Source: an uncultured delta proteobacterium
GTDB lineage: Bacteria; Myxococcota_A; Polyangia; Fen-1088
Assembly (NCBI GenBank): GCA_963767925.1
Contig: CAVYGB010000008.1
Coordinates: 512,001 to 576,000 of the forward strand
Length of the DNA stretch: 64,000 nt
Direction: 5' to 3'
Below, in pieces: positions 18,360 to 28,696 of this stretch. A program made the position numbers and the translations under genes. The notes under the pieces are model-generated. The model saw nothing but the letters and a program-made list of their open reading frames with translations. It was not told the origin of the DNA and ran no database searches. Position 1 is the stretch's first letter, and the number at the start of each line of letters is the position of its first letter.

Positions 18360-21094
18360 GAGCCACCCCCCAGGGTGCCGGCGGGGTTCTCCAGGCTGGG
18401 CGGCCGGGCGCTGCGGGCGGGTGACCCGGCCCCGAAGGCGGACAGCCGCCGGTCCAGATCGCCGAGGATGATGGCGGCCCGGTTCTCGTAGGTGTGGGCG
18501 CGCTGGATGCGAGCCTGGGCGGCGGCGATGACCCCGCGGCGCCAGGGCTCGTCGGTCAGGGCGCGGCGGATGAGCCTGGCCATCTCCTCGTCGTCGTGAA
18601 ACAGGTGAAGCTCGCGGCCGAGGTCGAACTGGTCGGTGGTCTCGCCCGGCAGGTCGTCGCAGTCCTCGTGTCGGCCCAGGACGAAGCCCCCCGCCGAGAA
18701 CCCCTCCAGCACCCGGGGGTGGAGGTTGCACTCGCCGTTGATGTGCAGCACGACCTTGCTCTCGCGGAACAGCCGGCGCAGGGCCACGCCCGGGGCGACG
18801 ACCCCCCGGGCGTGGGGGCGGAAGCGGGGCACCGTCTCCCAGCCGCGCCCGTGCAGCACCAGCGGCAAGCCCGCGGCCAGCACGGCGTCGGCCACCCGCA
18901 GGCGGTCGAGGCGGCGGGCGAACATCGCGCACCAGAACACCAGGCGCTGGGCGACCTCGTCGCTCAGCGGGTGGCCGAGGGCGGCGCAGCCCTCGCGCAG
19001 CAACGGCTCGATCTTGGGGGTGCCGATGGGGATCCGGGGCAGGGCGCTCAGGCGCGCTTCGAGCCAGGCCCCCAGTCCCGGCAGCGGCGCCTCGCCCACC
19101 TCCTCGAGGTGGGTGGCATAGACAACCTCGTCCCGGCAATCGTCGTCGGGAGGCAGCGCGGGGGTGGGTGACCCGAGCACCGCGAAGGGCAGGTGCCCGA
19201 CCCAGGGATAGCCCAGGTCCTGGTAACGCCGCTGGACCGTCGTGCTGTAGCCGTAGACCAGGTCGAGCGGGCCGAGCGCGCGGATGTGGGCCGGATCGGC
19301 CAGCACCGGCAGCTCGTCCTGGATCCAGGTGACAACCGGCAGCCCGGGCGGGAAGACCTGGCCGAGCTCGGGCCGGGTGTGGTTGGTGAGAAACACGAGG
19401 TCGGGGGCCAGCTCGAGCAGCTTGGCGGTGAGGTATTCGTAGCCGAGCTCCTGGCCGGAGCGTTCTTCGAGCAGGACGAAGGCGGCGTGCCCCAGCCGCT
19501 GCAGGGCGGTGGCGAAGTCGGCCGCCAGGTACTGCACGACGGTTGTGTAGCGGGAGGTGACGAAGACGATACGCAGCGGGCGGGCCCGCGGTCCCTGCAG
19601 GGCGGCCAGGACGTGGCGGGCGTGGCCGACCTCGTAGCGCTTCTCGAGGACGGCGAGGTTGTCGCTGGTGCGCTGGACGCGCAGGCGGTTCACCGCGGTC
19701 AGGCCGGCCTGCAGCCGGGGCCCCACGCCGAACCAGACTCCCGGGATGACCCGGTTGGGCTCGCGGTCCAGGGTGCGGAGGAAGTCCCGATCGGCCTGCT
19801 GGCCCACGAACAGGTGGACCCGGTCGGGCTGCAGCCGGTCGGAGAGATCGGCGGTCTCGAGCAGCAGGGCCAGGGCGGCGGCGTCCGCCTCGATCAAATG
19901 GACCACCCGGTGCCAGCCGGGGAGGGGGCTTGACACGTCCGTGCACAGCAGCAGGTGGGCCTCGGCGGCGTGCCGGACCCAGCCCGCCACGCAGGCGTGG
20001 GCCTGATCCCGCTGGGCGGGGGGCGACATCGCGGCGTCGACGTCCTCGGGCACCGGCGGCGGGTTGAGCTCGCTGAGCCGGCTCCCCTCGATCCGCACCA
20101 GGAGGGGATAGGGCCGCCGCTGCACCGACAGGCCGCCGTGGGCGTACGCCATCCAGGGCACCTCGGGCAGCTCGACCAGCTCGAGGTCCGCGCGCGCGGC
20201 CCGCGCTGCCGCCACCTGGGCCGCCGCCGCCGGGAAGTGGTCCTGCAGGGCGGCCAGGTTGCGGGTGAAGGTCTCCGCCCGCAGGGCCTCCTGGTCGACC
20301 CGGGCCGCTTCGAGCTGGGAGCCCAGCGACTCGCGGATGCCGGCCGGGAAGATCTCCTGCTGCAGCCAGCGCCTGACCTGGGGGAAGGCGGTGAGGTCGC
20401 TCCAGCATTCGAGGATGCGCCAGGCGAGCTGAGGCTGGGCCGCGCTCTCGTGAATGAGGAGGTAGAGCTTGAGGGCGTGGTACCGATCGCCCTGGGCGAA
20501 CAGGAAGTCGGCCACCGTCCGCAGGAAGCTGGCGGGGACCTCGGCGGGATCGTTCAGCTCGGCGAGGAAACGGGCGGAGAACCCGGTGCAGAGGTCGCGC
20601 ACGACGTCGCGCGCGCGCCGGTGGTCGGCGCTGGCGGTGAGGGTGGGATCGAGGACCACCAGGGCGCCGCCGGGGCGGGCCTGGGTCGCCAGGAAGAAGG
20701 TGAAGAGCTGCCGGTAAAGGTTGCGTCCGAAGGCCGGGGTGCCGGTCGGCTCGGGCAGGTCGGCGACCTGGCAGCGATCGGGCGCGATCGGGCCCCAGCC
20801 CTCGGGCGTGCGGGCCAGCAGGCCCACCAGGTTGCGCAGGTCGGGCTCGACGACGAGCACCGCGCGCAGCACCGGCAGCTCACGGAAGGCGGCGGTCAGC
20901 GTCGTGCGGTCGGAGGCGCCCACCAGGACGAGGACCGAGATCTCCTCGCGGGTGAGGCCGGACAGGGTCACGGCCCGGGCCAGGGCCTCGGGGCCGGTCG
21001 GCGTCGCGGGCGCCAACGGGCCGGGGGCGCGCGCCTCGACGGCGGTGGTGCCCGCGGCCTCGAGCTGCTGGGCCAGGGCGGCCAGGGTTGTCAC
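18356..21094 (-). CDS. Large glycosyltransferase (Maf-N-like modules + CgeB/Glyco_trans_1_2-like C-terminus), paralog A
   Basis: Collinear with 15666-18359 (RYHALK, ILECW.DL, VVTWIQDELP, HPRVLEGFSAGGF, HTY.NRA); GGAG before GTG 21094. Confidence 0.75.
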   Translation of the reverse strand: MTTLAALAQQLEAAGTTAVEARAPGPLAPATPTGPEALARAVTLSGLTREEISVLVLVGASDRTTLTAAFRELPVLRAVLVVEPDLRNLVGLLARTPEGWGPIAPDRCQVADLPEPTGTPAFGRNLYRQLFTFFLATQARPGGALVVLDPTLTASADHRRARDVVRDLCTGFSARFLAELNDPAEVPASFLRTVADFLFAQGDRYHALKLYLLIHESAAQPQLAWRILECWSDLTAFPQVRRWLQQEIFPAGIRESLGSQLEAARVDQEALRAETFTRNLAALQDHFPAAAAQVAAARAARADLELVELPEVPWMAYAHGGLSVQRRPYPLLVRIEGSRLSELNPPPVPEDVDAAMSPPAQRDQAHACVAGWVRHAAEAHLLLCTDVSSPLPGWHRVVHLIEADAAALALLLETADLSDRLQPDRVHLFVGQQADRDFLRTLDREPNRVIPGVWFGVGPRLQAGLTAVNRLRVQRTSDNLAVLEKRYEVGHARHVLAALQGPRARPLRIVFVTSRYTTVVQYLAADFATALQRLGHAAFVLLEERSGQELGYEYLTAKLLELAPDLVFLTNHTRPELGQVFPPGLPVVTWIQDELPVLADPAHIRALGPLDLVYGYSTTVQRRYQDLGYPWVGHLPFAVLGSPTPALPPDDDCRDEVVYATHLEEVGEAPLPGLGAWLEARLSALPRIPIGTPKIEPLLREGCAALGHPLSDEVAQRLVFWCAMFARRLDRLRVADAVLAAGLPLVLHGRGWETVPRFRPHARGVVAPGVALRRLFRESKVVLHINGECNLHPRVLEGFSAGGFVLGRHEDCDDLPGETTDQFDLGRELHLFHDDEEMARLIRRALTDEPWRRGVIAAAQARIQRAHTYENRAAIILGDLDRRLSAFGAGSPARSARPPSLENPAGTLGGGS

Positions 21095-21320
21095 CGGCCT
21101 GGCTCCAGGCGGCAGCGGTTCGGGGGCGAAGGTTGGGACCGGTGACGAGTCATCTTTGCGGCGCGATCTCTCGAGCGTCGGGCGAGATGCACATGCCGGG
21201 CCGGGCGACCCCGCGCGCCAGCGCCAGCGTTTTGACCGGCGCCCGCGGCGATCGCGCCAGCGGGCTGACACGAAACCCGCGCCGTCGCTCCGGGAGCGCC
21301 GATCCGACGTGGTTTCCGTC

Positions 21321-21336
21321 CGGCACGGCGCTTGCC
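21321..21336 (+). promoter_or_regulatory. Putative sigma54 -24/-12 promoter for the 21448-33212 operon
   Basis: CGGCACG-N4-TTGCC in the intergenic region. Confidence 0.6.
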
Positions 21337-21447
21337 TTTCCGGCGGGGCGCCAGGCTCCCGACGATGAAACATCTGCACATTCACCGGCCCCCGCGGATC
21401 GAACCGGAGGCGGCCGTCGTCACGAACCCGACGGAGGTCTCCCCAAC

Positions 21448-22491
21448 ATGAAGAAGGTCGTCGTCACCGGCGGAGCGGGTTTCATCGGAAGCCATCTCTG
21501 TGAAGCCCTGCTGGGCGAGGGGGCCGAGGTGCACGCGGTCGACAACTTCAGCACCGGGCGCGAGCAGAACCTCGCCCACCTGAAGAGCGAGCCGCGCCTG
21601 CACCTGCACCCGCTGGACGTCAACGAGGGGGAGCGCCTGCTGCCCCTGTGTCAGGGCGCCGACACGGTCTTTCACCTCGCCGCGCTGGCCGACATCGTCC
21701 CCTCCATCGAGCGGCCGCTCGACTACATGCGGGCCAACGTCGACGGCACCCTGTCGGTGCTGGAGGCGGTCCGCCGGGGCGGGGCCGGGCGCCTGGTGTA
21801 CGCCGCCTCGTCCTCCTGTTACGGCATCACCCACATCCACCCCACGCCGGAGACGGCGGAGTGTTCGCCCCGCTACCCCTACGCGCTCAGCAAGCACCTG
21901 GGCGAGCAGGCGGTGCTGCACTGGTGCGAGGTGTACGGCCTGCCGGTGCTGTCGCTGCGGCTGTTCAACGTCTACGGGCCGCGCGCGCGCACCCACGGCA
22001 CCTACGGCGCGATGTTCGGCGTGTTCCTGGCCCAGAAGCTGGCCGACAAGCCCTACACCGTGGTGGGGGACGGCACCCAGAGCCGGGACTTCACCTATGT
22101 CACCGACGTGGCGGAGGCCTTCGTGAGGGCCGGCGCCAGCCGCCTGCAGGGGCGCATCTTCAACGTCGGGACCGGCCGGCCCGTCACCGTGAACCGGATC
22201 GCCGAGCTGCTGGGGGGGCCGGTGGTGCACATCCCCAAGCGCCCGGGCGAGCCGGACATCACCCACGCCGACGTCACCGAGGCCCGGGCGGCGCTGGGCT
22301 GGGCGGCTCGCACCCCCATCGAGACGGGGGTGCGGCTGCTGCTCGAGCAGATCGAGGCCTGGAAAGATGCTCCCGTCTGGACGCCCGAGAGCATCTCGCG
22401 CGCCACCGCCTCCTGGTTCACCTTCCTGGGCGCGGGCGGCAGCCCCGACAAGCCCACCCACCCGGCGGTCCCCGGAGCTTCCCGGCGATGA
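21448..22491 (+). CDS. NAD-dependent nucleotide-sugar epimerase/dehydratase (extended SDR)
   Basis: [38 protein letters not shown]. Confidence 0.9.
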   Translation: MKKVVVTGGAGFIGSHLCEALLGEGAEVHAVDNFSTGREQNLAHLKSEPRLHLHPLDVNEGERLLPLCQGADTVFHLAALADIVPSIERPLDYMRANVDGTLSVLEAVRRGGAGRLVYAASSSCYGITHIHPTPETAECSPRYPYALSKHLGEQAVLHWCEVYGLPVLSLRLFNVYGPRARTHGTYGAMFGVFLAQKLADKPYTVVGDGTQSRDFTYVTDVAEAFVRAGASRLQGRIFNVGTGRPVTVNRIAELLGGPVVHIPKRPGEPDITHADVTEARAALGWAARTPIETGVRLLLEQIEAWKDAPVWTPESISRATASWFTFLGAGGSPDKPTHPAVPGASRR

Positions 22492-23540
22492 GCGACGAGA
22501 GCCGACCCGGCCTGACCCAGGGGGACGTTTTCGCCGCCCTCGAACGTTTCTCCCAGCTCCGGGTGGCGGTGGTGGGCGAGGCCATCATCGACGAATACGT
22601 CTACTGCGACGCCATGGGGAAGTCGGGCAAGGAGCCCATCCTCGTGAGCCGCTTCGTCTCCTCCGAGTCTCACGGGGGCGGCACCCTGGCGGTGGCCAAC
22701 CACCTGTCGGAGTTCTGCCACACCGTCGAGATCGTGAGCGCGCTCGGCAGCGAGGAGCCGCGCGAGGAGTTCGTGCGCTCGAGCCTGCGGGCCAACGTGG
22801 CGCCCCACTTCATCCGCAAGAGCGGCTCGCCCACCATCGTGAAGCGGCGCTACCTCGACGCCTATTCGCTGGCCAAGATGATGGGGGTCTACCACCTCAA
22901 CCCGGCGCCGCTGGCCCGCCCCGACGAGGAGGCCTTCGCGGCCTTGCTGGACGACGTCTTGCCCCGCTGCGACCTGGTGATCGTCGCCGACTACGGGCAC
23001 GGTCTGATCACGCCCGCCCTGGTGCAGCGGCTGTGCGGGCGCAGCCGCTTCCTCTCGATCAACACCCAGATGAACGCCGCCAACCAGGGCTACCACACCC
23101 TGTCGAAGTACCGGCGCGCCGACTTCGTCTGCCTGCACGAGGGGGAGCTGCGCATGGACGCGCGCGACACCCAGAGCGAGCTCGGTGACCTCATCCGCAT
23201 GGCGGCGGTCCGAATGGGCACCCGGGCCTTCTGCGTGACCCGGGGCAAGAAGGGCACCATCTACTACCGGCAGGGCGAGGAGATCCTGCAGTGCCCCTCG
23301 CTGGCCCGGGAGGTCGTCGAGCGGGTGGGCGCCGGGGACGCCGTGCTCGCCCTGACCTCGCTGGGCGCGGCCTGCGATCTGCCGGCCGACCTGGTGGGCA
23401 CCCTCGGAAACCTGGCGGGCGCCCAGCAGGTGGCGGTGATCGGCAACCGGGCCTCGGTGTCCCGGGAGCGGCTGGTGGCCCGGGTGCGGGAGATGTTCCC
23501 CTCCTGGACCGAGGCCCGGTCCAAGAAGACCGCGGGCTGA
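22488..23540 (+). CDS. PfkB-family sugar kinase, HldE/RfaE kinase-domain-like
   Basis: VVGEAIIDEY, TIVKRRY, ADYGHG, ERVGAGDA. Confidence 0.82.
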   Translation: MSDESRPGLTQGDVFAALERFSQLRVAVVGEAIIDEYVYCDAMGKSGKEPILVSRFVSSESHGGGTLAVANHLSEFCHTVEIVSALGSEEPREEFVRSSLRANVAPHFIRKSGSPTIVKRRYLDAYSLAKMMGVYHLNPAPLARPDEEAFAALLDDVLPRCDLVIVADYGHGLITPALVQRLCGRSRFLSINTQMNAANQGYHTLSKYRRADFVCLHEGELRMDARDTQSELGDLIRMAAVRMGTRAFCVTRGKKGTIYYRQGEEILQCPSLAREVVERVGAGDAVLALTSLGAACDLPADLVGTLGNLAGAQQVAVIGNRASVSRERLVARVREMFPSWTEARSKKTAG

Positions 23541-23541
23541 C

Positions 23542-24138
23542 ATGGGCACCCTGGGCGAGCCCAAGGCGGTCTTCCTCGACCGGGACGGCGTCCTCATCGA
23601 GGACCACGGACCGCTGATCCGCGCCGAGGAGATCGTCCTGCAGCCGAGCGCGCCGCGGGCGCTGCGCAGGCTGAAGGAGGCCGGGTACCGGCTCATCGTC
23701 GTGAGCAACCAGACGGCGGTCTCGCGCGGCCTGCTGAGCGAGGACGATGTGCGCAACCTGCAAGCCGTGGTGGAGCAGCGGCTGTGCGCGGCGGGCGGGG
23801 TGCCCCTCGACGGGTTCTACTTCTGCCCCCACCACCCCCGGGCCACGCTGGCCGCCTACCGGCGGGTTTGCGACTGCCGCAAGCCGGCCCCCGGGCTGCT
23901 GCGCCAGGCCGGGCAGCGCGAGGGGATCGATCTCAGCCGGAGCGTGATGATCGGCGACCGCACCAGCGACGTCGTCGCCGGGGTGCGGGCCGGCTGCCGC
24001 ACCATCCTTGTCGAGACCGGGCGCCACCTCGACCCCCAGATCGAGGTGCTGGGCGGCTTCCTCAGCGCCGAGCCCGACATGAGCTGCCAGGACCTCGGCG
24101 AGGCGGCCCGCTACCTGCTGGCCGGAGATGCCTCGTGA
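23542..24138 (+). CDS. gmhB: Heptose-1,7-bisphosphate phosphatase-like HAD IIIA hydrolase
   Basis: FLDRDGVL, VSNQ, CPHHP...CDCRKP.PG, MIGD. Confidence 0.88.
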   Translation: MGTLGEPKAVFLDRDGVLIEDHGPLIRAEEIVLQPSAPRALRRLKEAGYRLIVVSNQTAVSRGLLSEDDVRNLQAVVEQRLCAAGGVPLDGFYFCPHHPRATLAAYRRVCDCRKPAPGLLRQAGQREGIDLSRSVMIGDRTSDVVAGVRAGCRTILVETGRHLDPQIEVLGGFLSAEPDMSCQDLGEAARYLLAGDAS

Positions 24139-24905
24139 GGGCGCTGGTGCTGTGCGCGGGGTTCGGCCGCCGGCTGGGTGGCCTCTGCCAGGACAGCCCC
24201 AAGCCGCTGCTCGAGGTCGGGGGCCTGCCCATCGTCGAGCACATCCTGCGCCGGCTGGGCCAGCACGGCGTGCAGGAGGCGTTCGTCAACCTCCACTACC
24301 GGGCCGAGCAGTTCCCGCCCCGCCTGGGCGACGGCCGCCGCTTCGGCTTCCCCATCCGCTACCTGCACGAGGAGGCCCCCCTCGGCACCGGCGGGACGGC
24401 CCGCGATCTGCTGGCCCAGGTCGGCGTCGGCGGCGACCTGCTGGTCCACTACGGCGACATCTTGACCGACCACGACCTGGGCGCCCTGCTGCGGCAGCAC
24501 CGGGCCGGATCGGCCTGGGCCACCCTGCTCCTGCACCGGCGCCCGCACAGCAACAGCCACGCCGTCCTCGAGCCCGACGGCCGCGTCTCGCGCTTCGTCG
24601 AGCGGCCGGCGGTGCCGCCGAGCTTCGAGGAGGCCCGCCCCCCCTGGGTGTTCTCGGGCGTGTGTGTGCTGTCCCCGGCCTGCGCGGCCGCGCTGCCGGC
24701 CCGGCCCGAGCTGGATCTACCCCGCGACGTCTTCCCCAGCCTGGCCGAGGAGGGGCGCCTGCAGGGCCAGCCGCTCGCCGGTCACCGGGTAGCGGTCGAC
24801 TCGCCCGAACGCCTGCAGGCCGCGCGCGACGCCTGGGCCGGCGGTCAGTTCCGTCCCTGGGAGTCGTCGCACAAGGAGGAGCCGTGGCCACCGCCCCATT
24901 CATAG
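24135..24905 (+). CDS. Sugar-phosphate nucleotidyltransferase (NTP_transferase, HddC-like)
   Basis: LCAGFGRRL...PKPLL, PLGTGG, YGD. Confidence 0.85.
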   Translation: MRALVLCAGFGRRLGGLCQDSPKPLLEVGGLPIVEHILRRLGQHGVQEAFVNLHYRAEQFPPRLGDGRRFGFPIRYLHEEAPLGTGGTARDLLAQVGVGGDLLVHYGDILTDHDLGALLRQHRAGSAWATLLLHRRPHSNSHAVLEPDGRVSRFVERPAVPPSFEEARPPWVFSGVCVLSPACAAALPARPELDLPRDVFPSLAEEGRLQGQPLAGHRVAVDSPERLQAARDAWAGGQFRPWESSHKEEPWPPPHS

Positions 24906-25528
24906 AGCAGTACCTGTCGCGCTGCAAAGCCGCCCTGGACGGCGTGCCGGCCAGCGACATCCAGGACGTCGTGCGCGTCCTGCTCGGCGCCTACGAGCGC
25001 CAGGCGCGGGTCTTCATCGCCGGCAACGGGGGCAGCGCCTCGCTGGCCTCCCACCTGGCCTGCGACCTGGAGAAGACCGCGGCCGGTCCCCGTCCCCGGC
25101 AGGCCCCCCGGCGGCTGCGGGCCCAGTCCCTCAACGACAACCTGGCGATGTTGACCGCCTGGGCCAACGACGAGGGCTACCAGCACGTCTTCTCCGAGCC
25201 GCTGCGGGTCCACGCCGTGCGGGGGGATGTCCTGCTGGTGATCAGCGCCAGCGGCAACTCGCCCAACATCGTGCTGGCGCTGGAGGCGGCGGCCGAGATC
25301 GGCCTGACCACCATCGCCATGGTGGGCTTCGACGGTGGGCGGGCCCTGGCCCTGGCCCAGTACCGCCTGCACGTCCGCATCAGCGACTACGGGATCGTGG
25401 AGGGCGCACACGGGGTGTTGACCCACGTCATCACCGCCTGCCTGCAGAAGGCGCTCTCCGAACGCAAGCCGACGGGCAAGACCGGATCGTATCCGGTGGC
25501 GCCGGTCGCAGGGGAGGTGAAGGCATGA
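24884..25528 (+). CDS. gmhA: SIS-domain phosphoheptose isomerase-like protein (GmhA family)
   Basis: GNGGSA...H, TAWANDEGY, ISASGNSPN; RBS AGGAGG before GTG 24884. Confidence 0.8.
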   Translation: MATAPFIEQYLSRCKAALDGVPASDIQDVVRVLLGAYERQARVFIAGNGGSASLASHLACDLEKTAAGPRPRQAPRRLRAQSLNDNLAMLTAWANDEGYQHVFSEPLRVHAVRGDVLLVISASGNSPNIVLALEAAAEIGLTTIAMVGFDGGRALALAQYRLHVRISDYGIVEGAHGVLTHVITACLQKALSERKPTGKTGSYPVAPVAGEVKA

Positions 25529-26523
25529 GCGAGCGCGATCGCGTCCTGGTTACCGGAGGAGCGGGCTACGTCGGATCGGCCCTGGTGCCGCGCCTGCTGC
25601 GGGAGGGTCATCCGGTCACGGTGCTCGACCGGTATTTCTACGGCGAGCAGGTGTTCGACGAGGTCCGCAGCGACCCCGGCCTGCGCGAGATAAAGGGGGA
25701 CCTGCGCGACCCCGAGGCGGTGCAGCGCGCGCTGGAGGGGGTGGGGTCGGTCATCCACCTGGCCTGCATCTCCAACGATCCCTCGTACGACCTCGATCCC
25801 GGCCTCGGCAAGTCGATCAACTACGACGCCTTCCGGCCGCTCGTGCGGGCGGCCAAACAGCAGGGCTGCCACCGCTTCATCTACGCCTCCTCCTCGAGCG
25901 TGTACGGCATCAAGGAGGAGCCCGAGGTGACCGAGGACCTCCCCCTCGAGCCGCTCACCGACTACTCGAGCTTCAAGGCGCTGTGCGAGACGGTGCTGGA
26001 GGAGGAGCGGGCCCCCGGCTTCGCCACCGTCATCCTGCGGCCCTCCACCGTGTGCGGCTACGCCCCCCGCCTGCGGCTCGACCTGGTGGTGAACATCCTC
26101 ACCAACCACGCCGTCCACCGCGGACAGATCCGGGTGCTCGGCGGCGCCCAGATGCGGCCCAACATCCACATCGACGACATGGTGGAGGCCTACCTCCGCC
26201 TGCTGAGCGTGCCGGCCGAGCAGATCGACGGGCAGACCTTCAACGTCGGAGGGGCCAACCACACCGTGCGGGAGCTGGCCGAGATCGTGCGCGAGACGCT
26301 CGACCGGCGCCTGCCGATCGAGGTGGTGCCGACCAACGACGAGCGGTCGTACCGGGTGTCGTCGGAGAAGATCCAGAAGGTCCTGGGTTTTCAGGCCCGC
26401 CGGACGGTGGCCGACGCGGTCCGGGACCTGAAGCAGGCCTTCGACGCCGGGCGGGTGCCGGGCCCGCTCGAGAACCCCCTCTACTTCAACATCAAGCGAA
26501 TGCAGGAGCTCCATGTCCGCTAG
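25525..26523 (+). CDS. NAD-dependent epimerase/dehydratase (SDR)
   Basis: VTGGAGYVGS, LACISNDP, ASSSSVYG, YSSFK. Confidence 0.88.
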   Translation: MSERDRVLVTGGAGYVGSALVPRLLREGHPVTVLDRYFYGEQVFDEVRSDPGLREIKGDLRDPEAVQRALEGVGSVIHLACISNDPSYDLDPGLGKSINYDAFRPLVRAAKQQGCHRFIYASSSSVYGIKEEPEVTEDLPLEPLTDYSSFKALCETVLEEERAPGFATVILRPSTVCGYAPRLRLDLVVNILTNHAVHRGQIRVLGGAQMRPNIHIDDMVEAYLRLLSVPAEQIDGQTFNVGGANHTVRELAEIVRETLDRRLPIEVVPTNDERSYRVSSEKIQKVLGFQARRTVADAVRDLKQAFDAGRVPGPLENPLYFNIKRMQELHVR

Positions 26524-28689
26524 CCGTCTCGAAGTGAAATGGTCCTGGCCCGCCGGCGCCGAGCGCGGCGAGCGCGGCGAGGGTCCCACCCCGGCGCCGG
26601 GGGCGGAGGCCCGCCTGGCCCTGTTCCGGTCGATGCTGCGCATCCGGCGCATCGAGGAGAAGATCGCCGAGCGTTACGCCGACAACGAGATGCGCTGTCC
26701 GGTGCACCTGTCGGTGGGGCAGGAGGCGGCGGCGGTGGGGGCCTGCGCGGCCCTGCGCACCGAGGACCAGATCGTCAGCACCCACCGCTGCCACGGCCAC
26801 TACCTGGCCAAGGGCGGCGATCTGACGGCGATGATCGCCGAGCTGCACGGCAAGGCCAACGGTTGCTGCGGCGGTCGGGGCGGCTCGATGCACCTGTTCG
26901 ACGTGCAGGCGGGGGTGTTGGCCAGCGTGCCGATCGTCGCCAGCTCGGTGCCGGTGGGGGTGGGCATCGCCCTGTCCTTCCAGCAGCGGCGCGAGGACCG
27001 GGTGTGCATGACCTTCCTCGGCGACGCCGCCATGGAAGAGGGCGTCTTCCACGAGGCGGCCAACTTCGCCGTCCTTGCACCGCCTGCCGGTTGTCTTCTT
27101 CGTCGAGAACAACCTCTATTCGGTCTACACCCGCCTCGATCAGCGGCAGCCGGCCCGCCCGCTGGCTCGCCTGGCCGAGGCCCACGGGTTGCCGGTGCGC
27201 AGCCTCGACGGCAACGACGTGCTGGCGGTGTACGAGGCGGCCCAGGAGGCGGTGGCCCGGGCCCGCAGCGGCGAGGGACCCTCGGCCATCGTGGCCGACA
27301 CCTACCGCTGGCGCGAGCACTGCGGCCCCAACTACGACGACGACCTCGGCTACCGCCCCGGCGGCGAGCTGGCGGCCTGGCAGGCCCGCTGCCCGGTCGA
27401 GCGCTTCCGCCAGAGCCTGCGCGAGGGCAACGTGCTGGAGGCTTCGATAGAGGCAGCGGTGGGGCGGGAGATCGACGAGGAGATCGAGGCGGCCTTCGCC
27501 GCGGTCGCCGCCGCGCCGTTCCCCGCGCCCGAGACCCTGACCGAGGGGGTGTGGCGCACCCCGCGGGCGGGGCTGGTCTCGGTGCAGCCCGAGCCCGAGC
27601 GGGCGGCGCCGGCCACCCGCGAGATCACGGCGGCGCAGGCCATCTGCGAGGCCACCGCCCAGGCCCTGCAGGCCGACCCGGCGGTGTTCGTGATGGGGGA
27701 GGGGGCCACCGACCCCAAGGGGATCTTCGGCACCACCGCCGGCCTGCGTCGAGCAGTTCGGGACCGGCCGCATCCTGGAGATGCCGGTGGCCGAGAACGG
27801 CTTCACCGGGGTGGCCATCGGCGCCGCCACCATGGGCCAGCGGCCCATCGTGATCCACCAGCGGGTCGAGTTCGCCCTGCTGGCCTTCGAGCAGCTCGCC
27901 AACAACGCGGCCAAGATGCACTACGTCTCGCGGGGCGCCCACGCCGTGCCCCTGGTGGTGCGCCTGGTGGTGGGCCGCGGCTGGGGCCAGGGCCCCGCCC
28001 ACTCCCAGAGCCTCGAGGCCCTGTGGAGCTACATCCCCGGGCTCAAGGTTGTCATGCCCGCGACCCCCGCCGACTGCAAGGGGCTGCTGCTGGGGGCCAT
28101 CGAGGACGACAACCCGGTGATCTTCATCGAGCACCGCTGGGTCCACTACGGCAAGGGGCAGGTCCCCGCCGAGGGGCGGGCCATGCCGCTCGACGGGCCC
28201 CGCCGGCTGCGGAAGGGCGACGCCGTGACCATCGTCGCGACGTCGTACATGACGCTCGAGGCGCTGCAGGCGGCCGAGGCCCTGGCCCGCCAGGGGGTGG
28301 AGGTCGATCTGATCGACCTGCGCGTCCTCAGCCCCCTGCGCGACGAGCTGATCGTCGAGTCGGTGGAGCGCACCGGCCGGCTGATCACGGTCGACACCGG
28401 CTTCCTCAACCTCGGCCTCGGCGCCGAGATCACCGCCCGGGTCAGCGAGAAGGCCTTCTCCCGGCTCAAGGCGCCGCCGATCCGCATTGGCCTGGCCAGC
28501 CACCCCACGCCCAGCTCGCGCACCCTGGCCGGGGCCTATTACCCCCGCTCGACCCAGATCGCCGAGGCGGCGGCCCGCCTGGTCGGCCTCGGCGCCTCCG
28601 AGATCAACCGCCTGGTCGGCCAGATGCAGGCCCTGCGAGACAGCCTCCCGCTCGACATCCCCCACCCGGCCTTCAAGGGGCCGTTCTGA
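26513..28689 (+). CDS. TPP-dependent E1 alpha+beta fusion protein; two apparent +1 frameshifts (~27075, ~27747)
   Basis: [23 protein letters not shown]...ENN across first shift; alpha runs without a stop into beta ([34 protein letters not shown]). Confidence 0.8.
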
Positions 28690-28696
28690 GGTCGCC

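Noticed and set aside
26513..28689. Housekeeping pyruvate/acetoin dehydrogenase
   Set aside because: No E2/E3 nearby; embedded in an NDP-sugar operon
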